From: a virus
Lineage: Duplodnaviria > Caudoviricetes
DNA length: 64,000 nt
IMG/VR virus record: IMGVR_UViG_3300020450_000008
Strand: one strand, 5' to 3'
Below, piece by piece: positions 49,224-59,352 of the stretch. Position 1 is the first letter of the stretch; every line of letters begins with the position of its first letter. Under the pieces are notes generated by a model. The model had not been told where the DNA came from. It made no database searches and saw only the letters and a list, made by a program, of their open reading frames with translations. A program made the position numbers and the translations under genes.

Positions 49224-51728
49224 ATGGTAATTGTATTAAGAAGCAGTAAAGATAGTGCTTTATCTTTTGCGGAAATGGATGGGAATTTTACGGACCTGGA
49301 CACACGAATTAGTGCAATCGATTCAGCTCATATAAAACAAATTGCTGGAACTGATTCAGCAAACATGAGATTAGTTATTCAAGATCATGCTGATTCAACT
49401 TATGTCAAAGGATTTATAAGTCAATCTTATGTAAGAGATTTTATTGACTCGAATTATATAGCAAAATTTTCTTTGGATTCTGATGAGGTAATTAAATCAA
49501 TAGTTGATTCTGATTATGTACAGGCTAGACAAGGTGGACAGCCTTTATTTAATCATATCAGAGTAAAACATGATGCTAATATTCAGTCATTTATGGTAAC
49601 TATTGATACTAAAAATGCTGAACATAGATATAATGGTTCAGGTGCAGCTGATGGATATAAAATAGGTGGTATCTTTTCTCCACATATTCAATTAGTACCA
49701 GGTAGATCTTATAGGTTTGATCAGTCAGATACAACAAACACAGGACGTTTATTAAAATTTTATTATGAAGCTAATAAAACTACACCTTACACCACAGGTG
49801 TTACAGTAAACGGAACAGCAGGAAGTGCTGGAGCATACACTCAAATAGATGTTGGTGATAACACACCTAAAGTGTTACACTATATGGATTCATCAGCTAA
49901 CTTTGTAGGAAATCAAATAAGCACTGATACAAGAAACTTTACAGGTTTTACTACAGGAGATTTAGTTGAAGGTTCAAATCTTTACTATACGACAGCAAGA
50001 GTTGATACAAGAATTCAAACAATAGTTGATGCTAATTATATACAAGCAAGACAAAATTTTAGAGATTCTGAATTTGTTACAAGCATAGTTGATTCAGCTT
50101 ATGTTCTTGGAATACAAGACATGACTGATGTTAAGACTGATATTATTCCAAACGCTGATAGTGCTTTTGATCTAGGAAGTCCTACAAAAAGATTTAAAGA
50201 TTTACATTTAAGTGGAAGTACAATAAATCTTGGATCACTTAAATTAAAAGATAGTGGCGGATCCCTTTCACTAACAGATTCTACTGGTGATCTAAAACAA
50301 ATGAAGTTTAAAGATCAGTTTGATTCATCAACTACTGTTGGTGTAATAAATTCAACAGTTGATAACTCTTATGTTCAAGCACGACAAGATAAAAATTATG
50401 CATCGCTTGTTGGTGCACCCACAATACCAGATGCTCACAGAATACTTGCAGGAAATACTGACATATCAATTACCGATATTGGAACAGGAAAGATACAAGT
50501 TGTAACAGATGGTGTTAATCGATTTACTATTGAAGGAAATGATTTAAAACCTAATGCCAATAATGGAATCAATATAGGTGGTACTTCAAATAGAATTAAT
50601 GATATACAAACAACTGATATTGCGGCGACTGGAACAGCAACTCTTTCAGGTACGGTAAATTTTGGAGGAGCCACAATACAAGGATTAGATGTAGTTGATT
50701 CAGCTTCTATAGTTCAATTGATAGATTCAGCATACGTGCAGTCGAGAGAAACCGTTTATGGCAATGCTGAAGTAACTGCTTTAGTAGACGCCGCATATGT
50801 ACAGGCAAGACAATTAAACTTTGATGCACTGTTAGACTCATCTGAAGTAATACAACTTATTGACTCAAATTATGTTAGTGGTAGAGTTGATCGTGGACTT
50901 TTTGTAGATTCAGAAGAAGTAAAAGGATTTATTGACTCAGACTATATTCAATTACATCAAAAGCCAGAACAAGACACATTAACAACAATTACAGGAAGAG
51001 GCGCATCTACTTCAAATGCAATAACATTAACTGGTGGATTATCAGTTACAGGAATTCTTACAACAGATTCAATACAAAATGCTGGAATAGGATTTGGAAC
51101 ACTAACAAGTGGTAGTGACATTCAACTTAATGCTGTCGGAGATGTTAATGTACTTAGTAGTAAGATAACAAATGTTGGAGCTCCAGTGGCCAATACTGAT
51201 GCGGCTACAAAATTATATGTAGATAGTAATGCTGCTGTTCAAGGTGTAAATGATTTCTTTGTAGCAAAACTAGCGGCACAAACTACAACCACAACAACAG
51301 CCTCACCTCTTAATTTTGATAATACGCCACTCATGGACTATAGTCCTTCAATTGGTTATTCATTTTCAGGTACTAATGCTGTTGCAACTGATACTCCTGG
51401 ATACTATAAGATTGAAGGAGATGTGACTTGGTATAAAGCAGCGGGTGAAGGTGAGCTTAAAATAATAATTGAAAAAGGATCAGGCGGTAGTTTTTCTGAA
51501 ATTCCGGGAGCAAGAGCTGTCATATTCCTTCCAAATGGTGCTGGACATGGATCAAGTCATGTTCAAGGTATGGTTCAAATGGCGGCAAATGATGCCGTTA
51601 GATTAGTAGTTGATCAAGTAAGTTATGGATCAACATCTAATACTGGAAACTATGTATCATCTAATACAATATCTGGTTCAGCCAGTTTTCCAGGAGCCAC
51701 TACATTTACGATAATGAAAGTTGGATAA
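49224..51728 (+). CDS. Fibre protein (834 aa) with DS repeats, a degenerate cupredoxin-like domain and a C1q/TNF-like tip
   Basis: LRS.K.SALS..EMD.NF..L N-term; IDSxYVQAR repeats; C-term F.A......F....GYY.I...V...GMVQMAANDAVRL. Confidence 0.8.
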   Translation: MVIVLRSSKDSALSFAEMDGNFTDLDTRISAIDSAHIKQIAGTDSANMRLVIQDHADSTYVKGFISQSYVRDFIDSNYIAKFSLDSDEVIKSIVDSDYVQARQGGQPLFNHIRVKHDANIQSFMVTIDTKNAEHRYNGSGAADGYKIGGIFSPHIQLVPGRSYRFDQSDTTNTGRLLKFYYEANKTTPYTTGVTVNGTAGSAGAYTQIDVGDNTPKVLHYMDSSANFVGNQISTDTRNFTGFTTGDLVEGSNLYYTTARVDTRIQTIVDANYIQARQNFRDSEFVTSIVDSAYVLGIQDMTDVKTDIIPNADSAFDLGSPTKRFKDLHLSGSTINLGSLKLKDSGGSLSLTDSTGDLKQMKFKDQFDSSTTVGVINSTVDNSYVQARQDKNYASLVGAPTIPDAHRILAGNTDISITDIGTGKIQVVTDGVNRFTIEGNDLKPNANNGINIGGTSNRINDIQTTDIAATGTATLSGTVNFGGATIQGLDVVDSASIVQLIDSAYVQSRETVYGNAEVTALVDAAYVQARQLNFDALLDSSEVIQLIDSNYVSGRVDRGLFVDSEEVKGFIDSDYIQLHQKPEQDTLTTITGRGASTSNAITLTGGLSVTGILTTDSIQNAGIGFGTLTSGSDIQLNAVGDVNVLSSKITNVGAPVANTDAATKLYVDSNAAVQGVNDFFVAKLAAQTTTTTTASPLNFDNTPLMDYSPSIGYSFSGTNAVATDTPGYYKIEGDVTWYKAAGEGELKIIIEKGSGGSFSEIPGARAVIFLPNGAGHGSSHVQGMVQMAANDAVRLVVDQVSYGSTSNTGNYVSSNTISGSASFPGATTFTIMKVG

Positions 51729-51730
51729 TA

Positions 51731-53311
51731 ATGAGTACAGAAGATCAAAAGGCGTCCACCGTTACTTTATGTAAAGGTGTTGATACTACAAAATTCATGG
51801 AAGATATGGCTAAAGGTGGCTATGAGCTTCACGATGAAAATGTACCAAGCCTAAGAAATTTTGATTATGTATTATCACCAACTCAAATAAACACTTTAAA
51901 ATCAGATTCAAGAATAATTGATATACGATATGGTACTCAAGAAGAGAATGGAATAAAATTACTTCCTAGTGCTCTTAGAGCTCCATTTGATTTTAAAAAA
52001 GATGGAACACTTTCTGGTGGTAACTGGGGTCTGCCTGCATGTATAGACAATAGTGATTTATGGTCTGGTGTTGCAGGAACTTTAAATAATTATAGAGCAC
52101 CATTTACATTAACAGGAGCTAATGTGGATGTTGTCGTACAAGATAGTGGAATACAAACTGATCACCCAGAATGGAAAGATACTCCAAGAGAAGGAAACGT
52201 GGTTGGTGGTTCTTCATTTGGAACATCAAGGTATCAAACAGTCGACTGGCCAACTATAAGTGGACAACAAGCTTTTTATACACAAGATGCAAACTTTCAT
52301 AGAGATTTAGATGGGCATGGGACTCATGTTGCATCTATAATTGCTGGGAAACTGTATGGTTGGGCTAATGAAGCAAAAATTTATAGTTTAAAACTTAAAA
52401 ATTTATCTGATACTACTGGATTCGAAACAAATCATTCTTTAACAATGTTAAGGCATTGGCATAATTCAAAATCAGGTTCAAGACCAACTATTTGTAATAT
52501 GAGCTGGACTACAGTTTCTACGTATGCAAACATTGCTGGTGGAGTTTATAGAGGATCAAACTTTTCAGGAAGCAAAGGTGATGTAGCAAATGGTTCTTTA
52601 CAACAGTATGGAATAGTCCCAATAACAGCAGATGGTAGTGGTGATTATTTTGTTCCTATAAGAGATGCTTCAATTGATGCAGATATAGAAGATTGTATAG
52701 ATGCAGGTGTAATAATGGTAGGCGCTGCCGGAGATTATAGAATGCGAATGGATATTTTTGGTGGTGCAGATTATGATAATTATTTTAATTACACTGACAT
52801 AAGTGGTTTAGCGCAAACAAGAAGATATCATAGAGGTGGAACACCAGGTGCAACTGATAGCGTTATATGTGTTGGAGCAATAGGAGCTTCATATAATTCA
52901 GGAAAAGAAAATATTTGGGAAAATGGAAATAGAGGTCCAAGAATTGATGTATTTGCACCAGGTCAATATATCATGGGTGCCTTATCAACTTCACATTCAT
53001 CAAATAATGCAGCTGGTAATTCTAATTATCCTTTAGATTCTAATACATTTAAATCAAATGGTTTTACAGGATCAAGTTTTGCAGCTGCTCAAGTGACAGG
53101 TTTATTAGCCTGTTTATTACAAATAAGACAAAATTTAACACAAGCTGAATGTTTACAATTTTTAAAAGATAATGCACAAAATAATAGATTACAAGACGAT
53201 ACTACAGGAACACCTGCAAATGATTATGCTAATGGAACAGCATTACATGGTGCAGCTAATAGATTTTTAAAACAACCATTTAATGGTTCAATAGCTTTTG
53301 GATTTAGATAA
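51731..53311 (+). CDS. Subtilisin-like serine protease (S8) with N-terminal propeptide
   Basis: VDVVVQDSGI (Asp), DGHGTHVAS (His), GSSFAA (Ser); VGA...R.DVFAPG..I; oxyanion position reads AAGD. Confidence 0.88.
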   Translation: MSTEDQKASTVTLCKGVDTTKFMEDMAKGGYELHDENVPSLRNFDYVLSPTQINTLKSDSRIIDIRYGTQEENGIKLLPSALRAPFDFKKDGTLSGGNWGLPACIDNSDLWSGVAGTLNNYRAPFTLTGANVDVVVQDSGIQTDHPEWKDTPREGNVVGGSSFGTSRYQTVDWPTISGQQAFYTQDANFHRDLDGHGTHVASIIAGKLYGWANEAKIYSLKLKNLSDTTGFETNHSLTMLRHWHNSKSGSRPTICNMSWTTVSTYANIAGGVYRGSNFSGSKGDVANGSLQQYGIVPITADGSGDYFVPIRDASIDADIEDCIDAGVIMVGAAGDYRMRMDIFGGADYDNYFNYTDISGLAQTRRYHRGGTPGATDSVICVGAIGASYNSGKENIWENGNRGPRIDVFAPGQYIMGALSTSHSSNNAAGNSNYPLDSNTFKSNGFTGSSFAAAQVTGLLACLLQIRQNLTQAECLQFLKDNAQNNRLQDDTTGTPANDYANGTALHGAANRFLKQPFNGSIAFGFR

Positions 53312-53691
53312 TGACAGACAAACCTGATGAAAATGTAGAAAACGACTATGAATATTCTAAAAGAACATATTACGATCTTATAGAAAAAGGTCAAAATGCT
53401 TTAGATGATATGATAGACGTTGCAAGAAACTTAGAACACCCACGAGCGTACGAAGTACTATCAGGTATGATTAAAAACGTATCTGATGTAAATGACAGAT
53501 TGATGGATTTAAATAAAAAGAAAAAAGATTTTTATAAGAACGACACGAAACAAATTGAAGGTAATACTACTAATAATAATCTCTTTGTTGGATCAACGAC
53601 TGATCTGCAAAGAATGCTAAAGAATGTAAGCGATAACGATAATGTTATCGATATAAATGAGAGAAAACCTTCTGATGATGAAAATAGTTGA
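53311..53691 (+). CDS. gp16: Terminase small subunit gp16
   Basis: DYEYS..TYY.LIEKGQ.AL....VA...EHPRAYEV....IK.V.D....LMDL; TNNNLFVGST.DLQ. Confidence 0.93.
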   Translation: MTDKPDENVENDYEYSKRTYYDLIEKGQNALDDMIDVARNLEHPRAYEVLSGMIKNVSDVNDRLMDLNKKKKDFYKNDTKQIEGNTTNNNLFVGSTTDLQRMLKNVSDNDNVIDINERKPSDDENS

Positions 53692-55264
53692 TGCATATCT
53701 TGGCAACCCAAACGTAAAGAAAGATGGTGTTGTACAAACTTGGACCAATGAAGAAGTTCAAGAATATGCTCGATGTATGAATGATCCTGCTTATTTTGCC
53801 AGAAAATATTGTAAAATAATATCTCTTGATGAAGGATTAGTAGACTTCAATCTATATCCATACCAAGAAAAAATGTTTAAAGCTTTTAATACTAACAGGT
53901 TTAATATAGTATTAGCTTGTCGTCAATCGGGTAAATCCATCTCTTCAGTTGCGTATCTTTTGTGGTTTGTATTATTTCATCCAGAAAGAATAGTAGCTAT
54001 TATGGCTAACAAAGGAGCTACTGCTCGTGAGATGTTAGGGCGTGTGACATTAATGTTAGAGAACTTGCCTTTCTTCCTTCAACCTGGCTGTAAAGCTTTG
54101 AACAAAGGTTCGATCGAGTTTTCAAATAACTCTCGGATTGTGGCAGCTGCAACGAGCGGGTCATCAATTCGTGGTATGTCAGTTTCACTCCTGTATTTAG
54201 ATGAGTTTGCTTTTGTGGAAAGAGCGTCTGAGTTTTATACATCTACATATCCTGTTATTTCATCGGGTAAAGAGACTAAAGTTATTATTACATCTACTGC
54301 AAATGGTATTGGTAATGTATTCCATAAACTTTGGGAAGGAGCCACTCAAGGAGTAAATGAATATAACGCTTTTAGAGTTGATTGGTGGGACGTTCCAGGT
54401 CGAGATGACAAGTGGAAAGCGCAAACAATAGCTAATACGTCGCAACTTCAGTTTGATCAAGAATTTGGAAATACGTTTTTTGGAACTGGCGATACACTTA
54501 TTCATGCTGAAACATTATTAAATTTAAGAAGAAGAGAACCAATAAAGATCTCTAATGATCAAGTTAAAATTTACAAAGAACCAATAAAAGGTCATCAATA
54601 CACTATGACCGTAGATGTAGCAAGGGGAAGAGGACAGGATTATTCAACTTTTAATTTAATCGATATAAGTACGAACCCCTTTGAGCAAGTAGCTGTATAT
54701 CGCAACAACACTATCTCTCCATTACTCTTCCCTAATATTATATATAAGTATGCAAATCTTTACAACCAAGCATTAGTTGTTATTGAATCAAATGATGCTG
54801 GACAGGTTGTATGTAATGGACTGTATCATGATTTAGAATATGAGAACATGTTTGTTGAATCCACTATTAAAAATTCTGGATTAGGTTTGAATATGACAAG
54901 AAAGGTCAAACGAATTGGTTGTTCTGCATTTAAAGATTTAATAGAACATGGAAAAATTAATATATGCGATGAAGACACTATATTAGAAATATCAACTTTT
55001 GTCGCAAAGGGGCAGTCATACGAAGCGTCAGAAGGAAACCATGATGATCTAGTTATGAATTACATTCTTTTTGGATTCTTTGTAGGTACAACTTATTTTA
55101 GCGAACTTACAGATATTAGTATAAAGAAACTTATGTTTGAACAAAGAATGCTAGAAATAGAAAACGATGTTGTACCTTTTGGAATAATAGATGATGGTCT
55201 AGAAGATACTTATGAAAAGACTGAAGATGGTTGGGCCATAGAACATACTAATCAAAATTTTTAA
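53657..55264 (+). CDS. gp17: Terminase large subunit gp17 (true start probably 53675 or 53678)
   Basis: YLGNPN.K; Walker A CRQSGKS; Walker B LLYLDEFAF; ITSTANG; nuclease TVDVARG...DYS and HDDLVM; no intein or intron. Confidence 0.97.
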   Translation: MRENLLMMKIVDAYLGNPNVKKDGVVQTWTNEEVQEYARCMNDPAYFARKYCKIISLDEGLVDFNLYPYQEKMFKAFNTNRFNIVLACRQSGKSISSVAYLLWFVLFHPERIVAIMANKGATAREMLGRVTLMLENLPFFLQPGCKALNKGSIEFSNNSRIVAAATSGSSIRGMSVSLLYLDEFAFVERASEFYTSTYPVISSGKETKVIITSTANGIGNVFHKLWEGATQGVNEYNAFRVDWWDVPGRDDKWKAQTIANTSQLQFDQEFGNTFFGTGDTLIHAETLLNLRRREPIKISNDQVKIYKEPIKGHQYTMTVDVARGRGQDYSTFNLIDISTNPFEQVAVYRNNTISPLLFPNIIYKYANLYNQALVVIESNDAGQVVCNGLYHDLEYENMFVESTIKNSGLGLNMTRKVKRIGCSAFKDLIEHGKINICDEDTILEISTFVAKGQSYEASEGNHDDLVMNYILFGFFVGTTYFSELTDISIKKLMFEQRMLEIENDVVPFGIIDDGLEDTYEKTEDGWAIEHTNQNF

Positions 55265-55276
55265 AAAACTTTTTAT

Positions 55277-55284
55277 TATAAATA
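55277..55284 (+). promoter_or_regulatory. T4-type late promoter
   Basis: Exact TATAAATA intergenic, ~75 nt upstream of gp18. Confidence 0.82.
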
Positions 55285-55358
55285 TAGTATAATTGAACAT
55301 AACCGTATCATGATTTTTAAAAACTTATAATTAATCACTTGGAAAAAGGAAACGAGAC

Positions 55359-57110
55359 ATGGCTTTATTCGCACCATCAGAGTCTCCGGCCGTCGTAGTT
55401 AAGGAAATAGACCTTACGAGTAGTGTCCCAAATGTTCAGTCATCGACTGGCGCAATTGTAATGACATCTCGTTGGGGACCTGTTGACGAGCCAAGACTAG
55501 TAGCCAATGAGCAAGGACTCATTGACATTTACGCATCTCCCGACGATGCGCACGCAATCGACTTTCACAACGCAAGTTATTTTCTAAGATATTCTAATGC
55601 ATTACAAATAGTTAGAATGTGTGGTACAGGAGCAACTAACGCACATAGTGGCGATAGCGCAACTCTTGCACTAAAAATAGATAACGAAGATGACTTTAAC
55701 GCTTCACTAGCAGCATTAGATTCCGATAATGTAGGTGTCTTAGCTAAATATCCTGGAGCACTAGGAAACTCACTTAAATTGGAAACATTTGCCGCTGACG
55801 CGTCAGGTGCCACAGGTGACTTTGCTTCATGGCCCTTCAAAGCTTTCTTTGATGCCGCACCAGGAACCAGTGCATCAGCAACCGCAGATGGATCAACTCA
55901 CGACGAAGTACACGTGGCAGTTGTAGATCAAGACGGTTTAATCACTGGTACTAAAGGTGAAGTATTAGAAACTTATGCATATGTATCCGTTGCTGAAAAT
56001 GCAAAGAATACAGATGGAACATCAAACTATCTAAAAGATGTGATCAATAGACAATCCAGATATATTTGGATTCCTGATATCACACAAGTAGGTGGAGCAA
56101 ATGGTTTAGGTAATGCCGCTGGTACTGCCACTTCCACAGGTAAAAACTATGGAACAGGTAGAACTTCTCAGCGACAGCAAATTTCTCTAACAGACGGTGC
56201 TGACGGCGCCGCTCTAACTACAGGGCAAATTGCTACTGGTTTCGACCATTTTGAAGATCCAGATACTATAGAAGTTGATTTTTTGATTGCACCAGGAATG
56301 GGAACATCATCAGATCAAGTTACTGTAGTAAATGATCTAGTTGCCACAGCTTCCTCTCTTAGAAAAGACTGTGTAGTAGTTACATCACCAAACAGAGCTG
56401 CAGTTGTTAATAACGCTGCAAGTGCAGTAGCTGACGTTGCTACGGCTGTAACTAATTTTACTAAAAGTTCTTATCTAATCGTAGACAATAATTATCTTAA
56501 AGTCTATGATAAATTTAATGATAAGTTCATTTTCATACCGGCAGCATCTTCTACAGCTGGTATTATGGCCGCAACAGATAGAACAGCCGCTCCGTTCTTC
56601 TCACCGGCTGGAAGTAGAAGAGGCCAATACCTTGGCGTAACCTCTCTAGCATATAATCCAAAAAAATCTGATAGAGATACTCACTACAAGATTGGAGTCA
56701 ATCCTGTAGCAAATCTTCCTGGTCAGGGAATATTACTATTTGGTGATAAAACCCACCAGAGCCGACCATCAGCTTTTGACAGAATAAATGTTAGAAGACT
56801 ATTCTTAGTTATCGAAAGAGCAATATCAACAGCTGCAAAAGCTACGATTTTTGAATTCAACGATGAATTTACGAGATCAGAGTTTGTGGCTATCGTTGAA
56901 CCAGTTCTTCGAAACATAAAGGGTAGACGTGGAATTACAGACTTTAAAGTAGTATGTGATGACACAAACAATGGTCCAGAGATCATTGACACAAATCAAT
57001 TTGTTGCTAACATCTTCATCAAACCTGCAAGATCTGTCAACTTCATAACACTTAACTTTGTTGGTGTTAGATCAGGCGTAGAGTTCAGTGAAGTTGTTGG
57101 AACAGTATAA
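55359..57110 (+). CDS. gp18: Contractile tail sheath gp18
   Basis: SP.VVVKEIDLT; WGPV.EP; KYPG.LGN.L; PFFSPAG..RG; FGDKT....SAFDRINVRRLF; FEFNDEFTR; IKPARS.NFI.LNFV. Confidence 0.98.
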   Translation: MALFAPSESPAVVVKEIDLTSSVPNVQSSTGAIVMTSRWGPVDEPRLVANEQGLIDIYASPDDAHAIDFHNASYFLRYSNALQIVRMCGTGATNAHSGDSATLALKIDNEDDFNASLAALDSDNVGVLAKYPGALGNSLKLETFAADASGATGDFASWPFKAFFDAAPGTSASATADGSTHDEVHVAVVDQDGLITGTKGEVLETYAYVSVAENAKNTDGTSNYLKDVINRQSRYIWIPDITQVGGANGLGNAAGTATSTGKNYGTGRTSQRQQISLTDGADGAALTTGQIATGFDHFEDPDTIEVDFLIAPGMGTSSDQVTVVNDLVATASSLRKDCVVVTSPNRAAVVNNAASAVADVATAVTNFTKSSYLIVDNNYLKVYDKFNDKFIFIPAASSTAGIMAATDRTAAPFFSPAGSRRGQYLGVTSLAYNPKKSDRDTHYKIGVNPVANLPGQGILLFGDKTHQSRPSAFDRINVRRLFLVIERAISTAAKATIFEFNDEFTRSEFVAIVEPVLRNIKGRRGITDFKVVCDDTNNGPEIIDTNQFVANIFIKPARSVNFITLNFVGVRSGVEFSEVVGTV

Positions 57111-57113
57111 ATA
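57106..57113 (+). promoter_or_regulatory. T4-type late promoter overlapping the gp18 stop codon
   Basis: Exact TATAAATA 18 nt before the gp19 ATG; AAGGAG SD follows. Confidence 0.8.
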
Positions 57114-57131
57114 ACGTTAAGGAGATAAAAA

Positions 57132-57749
57132 ATGGCCGTATTAGGTATTAATGATTTTAAATCTGCCTTATCTGGAGGTGGCGCACGTCCTAATCTGTAT
57201 AAGGTGACTGTTACTGCTCCTCTAACGCTTGGAGTTATTGAAGGTATCGGCGGAGCCGATGCTGCAAATTTCTCTTTCATGTGTAGAGCCGCTCAGCTAC
57301 CAGCCTCAATAATGGGAGTCGCACCGGTTCCTTTTAGAGGAAGAGTACTGCAAGTGGCAGGGGACAGAGTATTCGAACCATGGATTGTTACTGTTTATAA
57401 CGACACTAACTTCAAAATTCGTTCAGGTTGTGAAGCCTGGATGAATGCTATAAACGCACATGAAGATAATGTTGGAGTAACAAATCCTGCAGACTATCAA
57501 TCTGATTTAATTGTTGAACAGCTCGATAAGAGCGGTAAGCAAATTTACAGATATGATTTCCGCGGAACTTTCCCAACAAATATTTCTGATATTCCACTAG
57601 CATATGATGCTAATGATGTAATTGAAGAATTTACCATTGAATTTCAAGTTCAGTATTGGGAAAGCTTTAAAGGAACCTTAGGTCCTGCTGGAGGAAGAGG
57701 CACACAAGTTGCTGGAGCCGAAGGCGCTGGACTTTTACAAGGTCCTTAA
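57132..57749 (+). CDS. gp19: Tail tube gp19
   Basis: GGGARPNLY.V; CRAAQLPAS.MG...VPFRGR..QVAGDR.FEPW.VTVYND..F.IR...E.W; IEEFT.EFQ.QYW. Confidence 0.97.
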   Translation: MAVLGINDFKSALSGGGARPNLYKVTVTAPLTLGVIEGIGGADAANFSFMCRAAQLPASIMGVAPVPFRGRVLQVAGDRVFEPWIVTVYNDTNFKIRSGCEAWMNAINAHEDNVGVTNPADYQSDLIVEQLDKSGKQIYRYDFRGTFPTNISDIPLAYDANDVIEEFTIEFQVQYWESFKGTLGPAGGRGTQVAGAEGAGLLQGP

Positions 57750-57764
57750 TATTGAATAAATAAA

Positions 57765-57790
57765 TGTGGGGGGCAGAAATGCCCCTCATA
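57765..57790 (+). terminator. GC-rich GNRA stem-loop between gp19 and gp20 (terminator or 5' stabiliser), preceded by a late-promoter variant AATAAATA at 57755-57762
   Basis: GGGGCA-GAAA-TGCCCC core stem extendable with G:U pairs; no clear poly-U on the + strand. Confidence 0.55.
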
Positions 57791-57807
57791 ATTAGAAAAG
57801 GATTGTA

Positions 57808-59352
57808 ATGGCGGAAGAAAATGCAATAAAGCTTTTTGGTTTTGAAATCAAAAGAGCAAATAAAAATAAAAGTGAAAAACTAAGATCTGTAGTTCCTCCA
57901 GCTGGCGATGATGGTGCTGGATACGTTACCGCAAACGCTAGTTATTATGGGCAATACGTCGATATTGATGGTAACAATGCTAAAGATAACTATTCATTAA
58001 TAATGAAATATAGAGGAGTCGCCACTCATCCGGAAGTGGACGCGGCAATAGAGGATATTGTCAATGAAGCAATAGTAGTTGATGATGAAGCCGATGTGGT
58101 TTCATTAGCGTTAGATGACATAGAAGCTACTGATCAAATAAAAGAATCAATAAAAGAAGAATTTAAAAACATTTTATCCATGCTTAATTTTAATGAGCTG
58201 GGACATGATATATTTAAAAGATGGTACACAGATGGAAGACTTTATCATCATTTAGTACTTCCTGATGGTAATGAAAAAGGTGGTATTCAAGAAATACGTT
58301 TTATCGACGCTCTTAAGATGAGAAAAGTAAGAGAAGTCAAGAAAGAAAAAGATCCTAAGACAAATACAGATATTGTAAAAGAAGTAAAAGAGTATTATAT
58401 ATTTCAAGAGAAACCAGGTGTAAGTGCATTAAATAACGCGGTAAAGTTTCATCTTGATTCGATAAGTTACGTAACATCTGGTTTGTTAGATGAAAAAAGA
58501 GCCAAAGTTGTTTCACATTTACATAAGGCAATAAAGCCTATAAACCAACTGAGAATGATGGAAGACTCTCTTGTTATTTACAGATTAGCAAGAGCCCCGG
58601 AAAGAAGAATATTCTATGTTGATGTTGGTAACCTTCCAAAAGGTAAAGCCGAAGAGTACATGAAAAGTATAATGACTAAGTTTCGAAACAAACTTGTTTA
58701 TGATGCTAACACTGGTGAACTTAAAGATGACAGAAAACATATGTCAATGCTTGAAGATTTTTGGCTACCAAGAAGAGAAGGTGGTAGAGGTACCGAAGTA
58801 TCTGCATTACCAGGTGGTGAAAATCTTGGACAAATAGATGATATAGTATATTTTCAAAAAAGAGTTTACAGAGCTCTTAATGTTCCCATAAACAGATTAG
58901 AACAAGAAGCTCAGTTCTCACTTGGTAGAAGTACAGAAATATCTCGTGATGAAGTTAAATTTCAAAAATTTATCGATAGATTAAGAAACAAATTTTCTTC
59001 ATTGTTTATGGATATTCTTAAAAAACAACTGATACTTAAAAAAGTTATTACTGAGGCAGATTGGGATTCTTGGAAAGAAGATATAACTGTTGAATATGCT
59101 CGAGATAATTACTTTAGCGAGCTTAAAGAAAGCGAATTATTAAAGGAAAGAATACAGACATTAGATATGATTCAACCTCATGTTGGAGAATACTTCACAA
59201 AAGACTGGGTTATGAAAAATGTTCTTAAACTCAGTGAAGAAGATACCAAAGAACTTGATAAAGAAGTTGATGATGAAAATCAAGATGAAGTTGATAAAGC
59301 TGAAAAAGGTGCACCTGCTAAAGAAGTAGATAAAGATTCAGATGAAGCATAA
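57808..59352 (+). CDS. gp20: Portal vertex protein gp20
   Basis: LFGFEI; HPEVD.AI.DIVNEAIV; WY.DGR.Y.H; NQLRMMEDSLVIYR..RAPERRIFYVDVGNLPK.KAE.Y; EDFWLPRREGGRGTE. Confidence 0.98.
   Translation: MAEENAIKLFGFEIKRANKNKSEKLRSVVPPAGDDGAGYVTANASYYGQYVDIDGNNAKDNYSLIMKYRGVATHPEVDAAIEDIVNEAIVVDDEADVVSLALDDIEATDQIKESIKEEFKNILSMLNFNELGHDIFKRWYTDGRLYHHLVLPDGNEKGGIQEIRFIDALKMRKVREVKKEKDPKTNTDIVKEVKEYYIFQEKPGVSALNNAVKFHLDSISYVTSGLLDEKRAKVVSHLHKAIKPINQLRMMEDSLVIYRLARAPERRIFYVDVGNLPKGKAEEYMKSIMTKFRNKLVYDANTGELKDDRKHMSMLEDFWLPRREGGRGTEVSALPGGENLGQIDDIVYFQKRVYRALNVPINRLEQEAQFSLGRSTEISRDEVKFQKFIDRLRNKFSSLFMDILKKQLILKKVITEADWDSWKEDITVEYARDNYFSELKESELLKERIQTLDMIQPHVGEYFTKDWVMKNVLKLSEEDTKELDKEVDDENQDEVDKAEKGAPAKEVDKDSDEA

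Noticed and set aside
53657-59352. Introns, inteins or homing endonucleases in gp17, gp18 or gp20
   Set aside because: The ORFs are continuous and of normal or compact length, with no intein or HNH/GIY-YIG motifs
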